IMG/VR virus record: IMGVR_UViG_3300043442_001338
Coordinates: 1 to 24,473 of that record
Direction: 5' to 3' (one strand)
Length of the DNA stretch: 24,473 nucleotides
From: a virus
Lineage: Duplodnaviria; Caudoviricetes
Shown: one piece after another, positions 14,868 to 22,224 of the stretch
How the letters are laid out: each line of letters begins with the position of its first letter
How positions within the stretch are numbered: position 1 is the first letter of the stretch
The notes under the pieces: generated by a model
What the model was told of the DNA's origin: nothing
Database searches by the model: none
Seen by the model: the letters and a program-made list of their open reading frames with translations, nothing else
Position numbers and translations under genes: made by a program

Positions 14868-15608
14868 ATGGTCGCCGTCGAAAACTCGCCCTATCTGTCA
14901 ATGATTGCCAAAAAGCGCCCTTGGCAAGCTGTGCCAGTGGACAAGGGAGCGCTGGTCGATGGCAGTGAGGAAACTTTGTTCAGGGCTCTTGCTCTGCGTC
15001 ATCTTGAGCTGCCCGTAAAAGATTTTCTGCAGCAAGGGCTTGAGCGTGACCTCCCGTCCACTCCTGGCGTTGTAGAAGCCCTGATTCACAACCAAGAAGA
15101 CGAAGCTCGCCACGATGAAGCTCTGAACTATGTGGCCGCTGCTCATGGTACTGACGCCCAAGCAGAAAAGGAAGTGATGAACATTTTGAAAGCTTGGAAC
15201 GACCATCCTGCCCACCCCATCTTGAAGGCTTCAGTGCTAGAGCGCAGCTTGTTCTTTGTGATTTTGCCGTTCTTCCGTTTCAATGGTGATATTGGCATTC
15301 GCACTGTTAGTGCCGACATCAGCCGCGATGAAATCACTCACGTGGGGGTACATAGTCTCGTGGCGAAGGAGTTGGATGAGCATGCTGGTCAAAGCCTGAA
15401 CAAGCTTCGTCGTGCCACTGCCCTGTGGATCTTTGACAAGCTCGGCCCAAGTGAAAACAAATGGCTGGACAAAGATTTCTGGTTGCGCCAAAGCGACAAT
15501 TTGTTCGAGCGAGGCAAAGCAGAAGAGCTTGCTGACACACAGCGCAGTCGGATGCCCTCGTTCTTCGAGGCGCCCAACACTAGTCTGCCTTCCTACGGTC
15601 GCGCTTAG
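14868..15608 (+). CDS. nrdB: class I ribonucleotide reductase beta subunit (ferritin-like)
   Basis: Ligand motifs LELPV, DEARH, LERSLFF, DEITH; directly downstream of nrdA (alternative start 14859). Confidence 0.85.
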   Translation: MVAVENSPYLSMIAKKRPWQAVPVDKGALVDGSEETLFRALALRHLELPVKDFLQQGLERDLPSTPGVVEALIHNQEDEARHDEALNYVAAAHGTDAQAEKEVMNILKAWNDHPAHPILKASVLERSLFFVILPFFRFNGDIGIRTVSADISRDEITHVGVHSLVAKELDEHAGQSLNKLRRATALWIFDKLGPSENKWLDKDFWLRQSDNLFERGKAEELADTQRSRMPSFFEAPNTSLPSYGRA

Positions 15609-15619
15609 TGCTATAGTGT

Positions 15620-15927
15620 CAAGCGACGGCGGGCAAGCCTCTGCGCGTCACTGGGAGCAAATCCCGGATGACCCTCACGCTTGCTCCATCGTCTACCACC
15701 ACTACTGCTCTGTCGGTAGTGTGCAGCCAGCAGGAATGGGCACTGCGTCGATTCTGGTTTGGACCTTTTCGAACGTTGCTGGTTTGCGTGCGAAGTCCTG
15801 GGTTTCCAGGCCAGGGGATTGATCACCCCTGCCCGTCTGGTCCACGGTTGAGCCCTCGACCCATTTGGCAAGCTCGACGGACTAGCAACACCCCCTAAGC
15901 CTCTCAACGATGCTCAAACCTGGGGGT
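15620..15927 (+). ncRNA. candidate structured ncRNA 2, or a cluster of RNA domains (unassigned)
   Basis: Extended -10 TGcTATAGT at 15609-15617; many GC-rich helices and a multibranch domain 15775-15889; no credible ORF. Confidence 0.6.
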
Positions 15928-15931
15928 CACT

Positions 15932-16001
15932 TGCTCCTTAGTGTAGGCTTACACGTCAGGCAGATAGCCTGGAATGTCAGGTTCGATTCCTGGAGGAGCC
16001 C
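15932..16001 (+). tRNA. atypical tRNA-Ile(GAT)-like or pseudo-tRNA
   Basis: Acceptor GCTCCT/AGGAGC, D arm GTGT/ACAC, anticodon arm TCAGG-CAGATAG-CCTGG, T arm TCAGG-TTCGATT-CCTGG; no encoded CCA. Confidence 0.6.
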
Positions 16002-16048
16002 TTTCTTCCGAACCGCACTAAACTAAGGCTTGCCTTCTAAATTTTGCT

Positions 16049-16249
16049 GTGGCGCGATTTCGCATTGTTCAACGTCCAAGCGCCGTGCGTCCATGGGAGC
16101 CGCTCTACGAAGTACAAGAGCGCATCTGTCCTTTCATCTGGGATGAAAGAGGTTGGTTTGGCACATTCGACCAGGCTCTTGATCGTTTGCATGAGCTGGA
16201 AGATCATCCTGATCCCGTGCAAAGAAAAGTAGTTTACGAAAAGCACTGA
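16049..16249 (+). CDS. hypothetical protein (66 aa)
   Basis: GTG ORF ending 5 nt before the next ATG. Confidence 0.6.
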   Translation: MARFRIVQRPSAVRPWEPLYEVQERICPFIWDERGWFGTFDQALDRLHELEDHPDPVQRKVVYEKH

Positions 16250-16254
16250 CTGCC

Positions 16255-16854
16255 ATGAGCGCCTTCGTCACTTCAGACCTGCACCTCGGCCACGCCAAGA
16301 TGCTGGATTTTGTGCGCCCCGATGGAGAGCCACTTCGCCCTTTCTCCTCCATTGAAGAAATGCACGAAACGCTCATTGAGCGTTGGAACAAGAAGGTTCA
16401 CGAGAAGGATCGCGTTTACATTTTGGGCGACGTGGCAATTCCTAAGAGCGGCTTGCAGCTTCTAAGTCGTTTCAATGGGAAAAAGATTCTCATTAAAGGG
16501 AATCATGACATTTACAAAGTTCAAGATTATCTTCCATATTTTGAAGATATTCGAGGAGCATTTTTTCGAGGCGGTGATAGCACCATGCCAGGAGGCTTAA
16601 TCTTTACGCACATTCCAGTGCATCCAAGTAATTTGCAGGGGCACTACCTTGGGAATGTTCACGGCCATCTCCATTGCCATCTCGTATTGACGGACGATGG
16701 AAAAGTGGATAGGCGTTATTTTAATGCTTGCTTGGAAAGAAACGATTTTGAGCCGGTAGCATTAGAAGACATCAAGGCTTATTTCAAGGCCAATGGACGA
16801 GCGTCGCACGTTCAACACTCCAGTGCGCTCACGCTGGAACGCGCCCATTCATAA
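16255..16854 (+). CDS. calcineurin-like metallophosphoesterase
   Basis: SDLHLGH, ILGD, GNHD, THIP, HGHLH motifs. Confidence 0.9.
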   Translation: MSAFVTSDLHLGHAKMLDFVRPDGEPLRPFSSIEEMHETLIERWNKKVHEKDRVYILGDVAIPKSGLQLLSRFNGKKILIKGNHDIYKVQDYLPYFEDIRGAFFRGGDSTMPGGLIFTHIPVHPSNLQGHYLGNVHGHLHCHLVLTDDGKVDRRYFNACLERNDFEPVALEDIKAYFKANGRASHVQHSSALTLERAHS

Positions 16855-16993
16855 TTGCCTAAAAGCTATTGATAATCACATGGAGCTTTACTTTCTCCAT
16901 CGTGATCCCTGGCACCTTGAAAAAGCAGCAGCTCTCAGGGCATATTTGCACGAACTAAAAACTTACATTCATAAGCAAGAAGAAAATAGTTAA
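16793..16993 (+). CDS. hypothetical protein (66 aa)
   Basis: ATG ORF overlapping the phosphoesterase tail. Confidence 0.6.
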   Translation: MDERRTFNTPVRSRWNAPIHNCLKAIDNHMELYFLHRDPWHLEKAAALRAYLHELKTYIHKQEENS

Positions 16994-17020
16994 CAATTTC
17001 TTAATCCATAAAGTAAGTGG

Positions 17021-17036
17021 TGTAACAATTGCTACA
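17021..17036. promoter_or_regulatory. NtcA box
   Basis: TGTA-ACAATTGC-TACA matches TGTA-N8-TACA; candidate -10 TAGCTT at 17049-17054. Confidence 0.7.
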
Positions 17037-17076
17037 AAGCTTGCGAGATAGCTTGAATGAAAGTGCATGGTCTCCC

Positions 17077-17235
17077 ATGGCTCGCCTTGTCTATCGTGGT
17101 CTTCCTTATTTCATGGAAGAAGAGCACGAAGCCTTTTCTGCTTGGTGGCAACTTCTTCATTTGCCTTCTCGCTGGCTTGTCTATCGCGGACAAAAATACC
17201 GCCCTTGTCAAATTGACAAAGGCGGCTGGATGTAG
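17077..17235 (+). CDS. DUF4278-like small protein (52 aa)
   Basis: Two L-V-Y-R-G-x-x-Y motifs (LVYRGLPY, LVYRGQKY). Confidence 0.7.
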   Translation: MARLVYRGLPYFMEEEHEAFSAWWQLLHLPSRWLVYRGQKYRPCQIDKGGWM

Positions 17236-17238
17236 CCT

Positions 17239-17340
17239 TCAGGCCACACAAGGGCGGTAGCCGTAGACTGAAGCCAACTGCGCCTGATGAAGCCTTGCGG
17301 CCTTCAGGAGCTGCAGCTTCACAAGCACGAGCTTGTTCAT
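17239..17340 (-). CDS. riboswitch-controlled 'downstream peptide' (33 aa, MNKLVLVKLQLLKAARLHQAQLASVYGYRPCVA)
   Basis: GGAGG SD 7 nt upstream; directly 3' of the riboswitch. Confidence 0.75.
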   Translation of the reverse strand: MNKLVLVKLQLLKAARLHQAQLASVYGYRPCVA

Positions 17341-17359
17341 GACCGTTCCTCCATGGTCC

Positions 17360-17410
17360 CCATCCCCCGTTTCATGGATGGCTTGCATGCACCCTTTGCA
17401 GGGCAAACGT
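17360..17410 (-). promoter_or_regulatory. glutamine-II (Downstream-peptide) riboswitch
   Basis: Minus strand ACGTTT-GCCCT-GCAA-AGGGT-GCATGCAAG-CCATC-CATGAAACGGGG-GATGG follows the CGUUC...GCGCA...CAUGGAACGGGG pattern with a compensatory CGTTT/AAACG pseudoknot; -10 TAAGCT at 17417-17422. Confidence 0.8.
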
Positions 17411-17425
17411 ATCTTTAGCTTATCA

Positions 17426-17638
17426 CGCCTCACGCTGGAATCGAACCAGCTTTCGTCACCAGAAGAGACAAGCGGCAGAATGTTTCCGCATTAGGAAACA
17501 AACAGGGTGCGGCCCTGACATTCTGCCAAGCGTCTTAAGTGCTTCAACTCACTTAAGACAGTGAACGGAATCCACGATGGTGCCAGCATTGACGAGGATA
17601 CTGGCAAGCCGTTGGCCAACGGGCTCCTGCAGGAAGCT
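17426..17638 (-). ncRNA. candidate structured ncRNA 3 ending in a tRNA-like domain without an anticodon arm
   Basis: -10 TAAGCT (17644-17649 minus); consecutive strong hairpins; T arm GCTGG-TTCGATT-CCAGC at the 3' end. Confidence 0.6.
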
Positions 17639-17646
17639 TTGCAAGC

Positions 17647-17775
17647 TTAACAGAGAAACGTCCAGTAGACGGCGGCTCCTTCTAGGAACAAACGCTTATT
17701 AACAAAACGCGCTTCGTGAAATGGCACTCTGATTTCATGCCGCTGGCCATGGAAGCTGTAGCACAAGCAAACCAT
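17647..17775 (-). CDS. hypothetical protein (42 aa, MVCLCYSFHGQRHEIRV...)
   Basis: Hand-translated; begins 3 nt after the upstream stop. Confidence 0.5.
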   Translation of the reverse strand: MVCLCYSFHGQRHEIRVPFHEARFVNKRLFLEGAAVYWTFLC

Positions 17776-17778
17776 TGC

Positions 17779-17994
17779 TCACACGTCGTATTCTTTGCAT
17801 CCTTGATGGCCAAACCGGTTTTCGCAGGCATTGCTCCAATGCTCGCGATAATCGTCCATGAGATGCTCAAAAGCAGCCTTTGCAAGCCGCGATTCTTCGC
17901 TCATGGGGCCAAAGCTCTTGCCAGCTTCTTCTACGGCCTTTGCGGCTTTCATAGCCCAAGCAAGGGCTTCTTCTGCAGTGAAGGACGATGCCAT
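17779..17994 (-). CDS. hypothetical protein (71 aa)
   Basis: ATG after a pyrimidine-rich leader. Confidence 0.65.
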   Translation of the reverse strand: MASSFTAEEALAWAMKAAKAVEEAGKSFGPMSEESRLAKAAFEHLMDDYREHWSNACENRFGHQGCKEYDV

Positions 17995-18019
17995 GGCAAA
18001 GAGAATGAATGTGTTTAGT

Positions 18020-18196
18020 CTATCCTTCCAAATTTTTCATTGCTTTAACAACTTTCTCTGCATCTCGCAGTTTTGGCAGCAATGTGGGCTTATAAGCATG
18101 CTCAGCGGCAAGAAGCTGAAGCGCCGTTTGCCTGTCTGCCTCTAGAAGTGCTAACAGAAAAGCTAACTCCTTGCTGGAAATTTCAATGCCAATCAT
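18020..18196 (-). CDS. hypothetical protein (58 aa, MIGIEISSKELAFLLALLE...)
   Basis: Hand-translated; fills the gap downstream of terL. Confidence 0.55.
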   Translation of the reverse strand: MIGIEISSKELAFLLALLEADRQTALQLLAAEHAYKPTLLPKLRDAEKVVKAMKNLEG

Positions 18197-18245
18197 TTTT
18201 CAGAAAAAGTGATAATTCAACAATTGCTGAAAATTCTAGGCCTAA

Positions 18246-19628
18246 TCATCGAACAAGACTATTCAACCAATCAACATCATTGTCCTTGGAAGCCTCGAGA
18301 ATGGCTGCCGCAAGTGCAAACGCGTAGTCGTCAACTCCCACCTCTTTGCCACCAGTGACGGCCCACTGGCCACTTGCCCTGTAAATAACGCTCAAATTCT
18401 TAAGCTGAGCGATTGCTTTTTGATGAGGATAAAGTTCAATTAAGCCAGCGTTAAAAAGTTCTTTCATCTTGCTGAAGGCTTTCATTTTTGTACTGACCGA
18501 CCAAGCTAGTTCTGCAATAGGGAAATCCTTGGAAAGATTTTGAATGATAAAGCTGCTATTGAACTGGTCAAGCACAATGCTCTGAAACTCATAAATGCGA
18601 TGATGCTCCTTGATCCACTCTTCCACTTTTGCCATATTCACTTCTTTTTTGCCACCAATTTCAAAGTCTGGATCGAAGGCGTGAAACTTGTCCACCACTA
18701 GCCTTTCGCCCTCATAGTGAACAATGCAGGCGGTGTAATCGTCTCGCCCCACGCCACCTCGGGCGGGGTCCAAGGAGAGCACGTAAGTGCCAGTAAATTC
18801 TTTTTCGGGAAACAATACTCCTCGCTCTTTGTTTACGGCAGCTTCAACAATTTCAGTGGCTAACAATGCCGAATTATTCTTCGCGAATTGAGCCCCATAC
18901 TCCACCCAAAATTTATCAGGATCGCGCTTTAGCTCGGCATCAAGGAATGCGCACCCCCATGGCAAATTAACATTTACCTCCCAAGTTGGGAGATTCACTG
19001 CCTGCATGAAGGGAAATTCCCCAGATTTTGCCTCGCAATAGTGCTGATAAAACAGACCATCAGTGAGCCATGGAGACGAAAGCTCGAGGATGCGCCCATG
19101 CTGTCCGAACTGCGCAATGGAAGGGGAAAGCGCATCGTAGATAGCTTTCGCGCCACGGTTGGCGTCGCCTTCAATCGCGAAGGAAAGCTCGTCCATAATC
19201 AGCATCACCACGGCTTTACCACGAGAAGCACGGGCCGATGCAGGAATGGCCTGAAACACGCAATTATTGCTGGTTTCAATTTCAGTGGCAGTTTCTCTTG
19301 TGATTTCATCTACAAGAGGGCTGTCCATGAGCAACTGGCGAATGTTGTTCAAGGCAAGCTTTGCCTGGCTCTGATCGTTGGCAATGGTAAGGATGTACCA
19401 TTTCTCTGTTTTTCGCACGCGCCTTCTGTATTGATCCTCCAAGACGAAGCAGGCATATAGAGCTGCAATGGCAGCCATAAGCGTCTTGCCGCAGCGTCTT
19501 CCAAGAGCCCACACGGCATGAGTTTTGTTGCCGCCAAAGTAGCCGTCAAGAATGCGCTTTTGCTCAGGCCAAAGCTCAAGCTTTAATACATGCTTGGCAA
19601 AGTCGCTGCATTTGAGAGAGCTGCTCAT
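18246..19628 (-). CDS. terL: terminase large subunit
   Basis: Walker A GRRCGKT, Walker B MLIMDE, coupling motif LSSP, RNase H-like nuclease LSLDPA...DDY...DDY. Confidence 0.92.
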   Translation of the reverse strand: MSSSLKCSDFAKHVLKLELWPEQKRILDGYFGGNKTHAVWALGRRCGKTLMAAIAALYACFVLEDQYRRRVRKTEKWYILTIANDQSQAKLALNNIRQLLMDSPLVDEITRETATEIETSNNCVFQAIPASARASRGKAVVMLIMDELSFAIEGDANRGAKAIYDALSPSIAQFGQHGRILELSSPWLTDGLFYQHYCEAKSGEFPFMQAVNLPTWEVNVNLPWGCAFLDAELKRDPDKFWVEYGAQFAKNNSALLATEIVEAAVNKERGVLFPEKEFTGTYVLSLDPARGGVGRDDYTACIVHYEGERLVVDKFHAFDPDFEIGGKKEVNMAKVEEWIKEHHRIYEFQSIVLDQFNSSFIIQNLSKDFPIAELAWSVSTKMKAFSKMKELFNAGLIELYPHQKAIAQLKNLSVIYRASGQWAVTGGKEVGVDDYAFALAAAILEASKDNDVDWLNSLVR

Positions 19629-20110
19629 CGCAAAGTTGACATGGGGCGAAGCTGTTCTTTGGGGACAAAGTAGGCCGGCCTGCCTCGCGCAGGATCAGCC
19701 CAGAACTTCTCCTCCATTGCCTCTTTTCCATAGCACCAGCCGTGGATGAAGGTTTTTTGATTTTCAATGGTCACCAAAACAAACTTTTTCTCGGGGTCTT
19801 CGTTTTTCTGAACAATAAGATCGTAGGAATGCTTTGACCGAGTTTTCACGTCTATCCCTGGAAGGTCATCAGACCCGCGCTTTGCCTCGCTTTCTTTATA
19901 GAGCTCGTGCTTTAGGCCCATGAACGACGCCACCGCCATTTCTCCCGCAGCACCGAGCAGGTGAATAGACAAGGCTTGATCGCCACGGGCCGCGCCTTTA
20001 TTACGCCCCCGAAGCCCTTTTGCTTCGTTCACAGACTGGCGTCGTTGTCCTTCCTCCATCGCCTGCTTCCTTTCCTCTTCGGAGAAGACAAATTCAATGG
20101 GAGTGGGCAT
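19625..20110 (-). CDS. PD-(D/E)XK-like nuclease-fold protein (161 aa)
   Basis: GAAGEMAVA helix and DD...IDVKT motif; ATGA-coupled to terL. Confidence 0.6.
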   Translation of the reverse strand: MPTPIEFVFSEEERKQAMEEGQRRQSVNEAKGLRGRNKGAARGDQALSIHLLGAAGEMAVASFMGLKHELYKESEAKRGSDDLPGIDVKTRSKHSYDLIVQKNEDPEKKFVLVTIENQKTFIHGWCYGKEAMEEKFWADPARGRPAYFVPKEQLRPMSTLR

Positions 20111-20175
20111 AACTAAAAGAACGTCGTCGCCATCATAGCCACGTTTAGAATAGAGAAACGCCAATAGTGTGAACA

Positions 20176-22224
20176 ATGTCGGAAGAAACGGTCAATCTTG
20201 GACATGCCACTTCAGAAGGACTTCGGACTGACGGCCTTGCAAACGCACTTACTGGCATGGGCCTTCCCGGCAGGGATAAAAGCCTTCACACCCAAGCTCA
20301 GCCAATTGTTTTTCTGGCACAAGAGGAGCTGGAAGCCCTATACGGCGAATGGCTTCCGCGTCGCATTGTAGACATCTACGCAGAGCAAGCCACTCGCAAG
20401 GGTTTCAAAGTGCTTTTTGGAGGAGAAGGGGCGGCAGCAGAAGAAGTGGTAGGCATTGAACAAGTGATTGAGGATTTGTATATTCTTGAAAACTTTATGC
20501 TTGCCTCTAAGAATTCCAGGCTCTACGGAGGAGCCGTGATTCTTCTTTATATTGACGATGGCAGGCCGGCAGATCAGCCAGTTGACAAGAGCCGCATTTA
20601 TGCCGTAGAAGGCATGGAAGTTCTTGATCGCTGGCAAATTGCGCCAGTGATTAACGAAGAAAATCTATACGACTACTCTAAAGCAACTTACTATCAAATT
20701 ATTTCAGGCGACCTTATTCGGCAGCCGCAGTTAACTTACATCCATAAAGATAGGATTTTGCGCTTTGATGGCGATTGGCTTCCCTATCGCATTCGGCAGA
20801 GGAACTATGGGTGGGGAATGAGTAGCCTGCAAACTGTTTACGAAAGCTTTAAGCACTACTGGACTGGCCTGAACAGCGCAGCCACTTTGTTGAGCGAGTT
20901 TGATATTTTCGTTCACAAGATTCGTGGACTTGCGCAAATGCTTGCAGCAGGAAAAGAAAAAGATGTAAGAGATCGTCTTGTTCTTAATGACATGAGCAAG
21001 AGCGTTTATCGTGGCTATGCAATTGATGCAGAAAAAGAAGAGCTTGCTTTCATCAGTCGGAACTTTGGCGGAGTGGGAGAAATCCTCGAGAAGATGAGGG
21101 TGGATATTATTGGCGCCTCGAAGATTCCACACACTGTGCTATTTGGCGAAAGCCCTAGTGGACTTGGCGCTACTGGCAGGAGCGAAGAGCGTGATTTTGC
21201 CAAGACACTGGCTGATTACCAACAGTCCACTTTCCATCGTCCCCTGAAAAAGCTGATGAGCTATATCATGCTCAGCAAGACTGGCCCGACGAACGGAAGG
21301 CTTCCTGAATCTTGGCGCATTTCCTTCAACAACTTGTTCGAGCTGAATGAAAGGGAAAAGGCCGACGTTCGGGCTCGCGTGGCGGCCGTAGACGGGCGCT
21401 ATATCCAACTAGGGGTACTGAGTCCCAAGGAGGTGGCCGACGCCCGCTATGGCGGCTCTGAGTGGTCGATGGAGTTGACTCTCGATCCGACAGTGGTGCG
21501 CGAATTGCCGCAACAAAAAGGAGAGATGAAAGTGTCTCCCGGTGGTCGCGATCCTCTCAACGAAGAAAATGGCACTCTTCCCATGGACGGAAGCAGGGAA
21601 GTCGAGGATGCTGCAGGACTGTTCTTGCCTCGCGACCTCGAAAAAATTAGGGGTGATGTTCAATTTAAGGACAAAGATTTACATCAGCAAGCCATTGCCG
21701 CCGCAAAATCAAAATTCAAAGTGTGGCCTAGTGCCTATGCCAGCGCCTACATGGTTCAAAAGTATAAAGATCTCTATGCGAAAAAGCATGGCAGCGGCAG
21801 TGGTTTCAAGGGGGACGATGGCGATGTCAATTATGACGATCTTGACAAATGGTTCAAAGAAGAATGGGTGAGGATTGGTGCTAACGGAGAAATCCTTGGT
21901 GAATGCGGAGGTCGGGAAGAAAAAGAAGGCAAGCCCAAGTGTCTGCCCAGGGCAAAGGCGGAGGCTATGAGCAAAGAAGAACGGCAGACCATTGTCGCCC
22001 GCAAACGAAAAGCCGATCCCGACCCAGAGCGAAAGGGAGCCGCCAAGATGGTAAGCAGCAAAGTAGATGCTATTGAGCCAGTGAAGGTGGAAGGCCTTCT
22101 GCTGGGCAACATTGACGAAGCTGCTTTTATTAGTGAGGCAGACGTTGACGCAGCACTGCAGCAATGGAAAGAAGAAGCCCCGGAGCGCTTCAAGGATCTG
22201 CTGGAAGCTGACAATGCTGAATGA
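20176..22224 (+). CDS. DUF1073-type portal protein with C-terminal fused domain
   Basis: DGLANALTGMG, LY..WL.RRIVD..AE.ATRKG, IH.DRILRF.G, WG.S.LQ, IP.T.LFG.SP.GL.ATG motifs; adjacent to terL and head gene. Confidence 0.88.
   Translation: MSEETVNLGHATSEGLRTDGLANALTGMGLPGRDKSLHTQAQPIVFLAQEELEALYGEWLPRRIVDIYAEQATRKGFKVLFGGEGAAAEEVVGIEQVIEDLYILENFMLASKNSRLYGGAVILLYIDDGRPADQPVDKSRIYAVEGMEVLDRWQIAPVINEENLYDYSKATYYQIISGDLIRQPQLTYIHKDRILRFDGDWLPYRIRQRNYGWGMSSLQTVYESFKHYWTGLNSAATLLSEFDIFVHKIRGLAQMLAAGKEKDVRDRLVLNDMSKSVYRGYAIDAEKEELAFISRNFGGVGEILEKMRVDIIGASKIPHTVLFGESPSGLGATGRSEERDFAKTLADYQQSTFHRPLKKLMSYIMLSKTGPTNGRLPESWRISFNNLFELNEREKADVRARVAAVDGRYIQLGVLSPKEVADARYGGSEWSMELTLDPTVVRELPQQKGEMKVSPGGRDPLNEENGTLPMDGSREVEDAAGLFLPRDLEKIRGDVQFKDKDLHQQAIAAAKSKFKVWPSAYASAYMVQKYKDLYAKKHGSGSGFKGDDGDVNYDDLDKWFKEEWVRIGANGEILGECGGREEKEGKPKCLPRAKAEAMSKEERQTIVARKRKADPDPERKGAAKMVSSKVDAIEPVKVEGLLLGNIDEAAFISEADVDAALQQWKEEAPERFKDLLEADNAE

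Noticed and set aside
16989-17007. Possible Pho (SphR) box GTTAACAA-TTT-CTTAATCC
   Set aside because: Only two imperfect units, no third repeat; overlaps a stop codon in AT-rich sequence
17426-17638. tmRNA (one- or two-piece) identity for ncRNA 3 or ncRNA 2
   Set aside because: No GGGG-type alanyl acceptor end with G3-U70 and no tag-like reading frame ending in AA was seen
20176-22224. Anti-CBASS Acb1 nuclease activity for the DUF1073 protein
   Set aside because: No paired HxT/S 2H-phosphoesterase motifs in the C-terminal extension; position and motifs fit a portal
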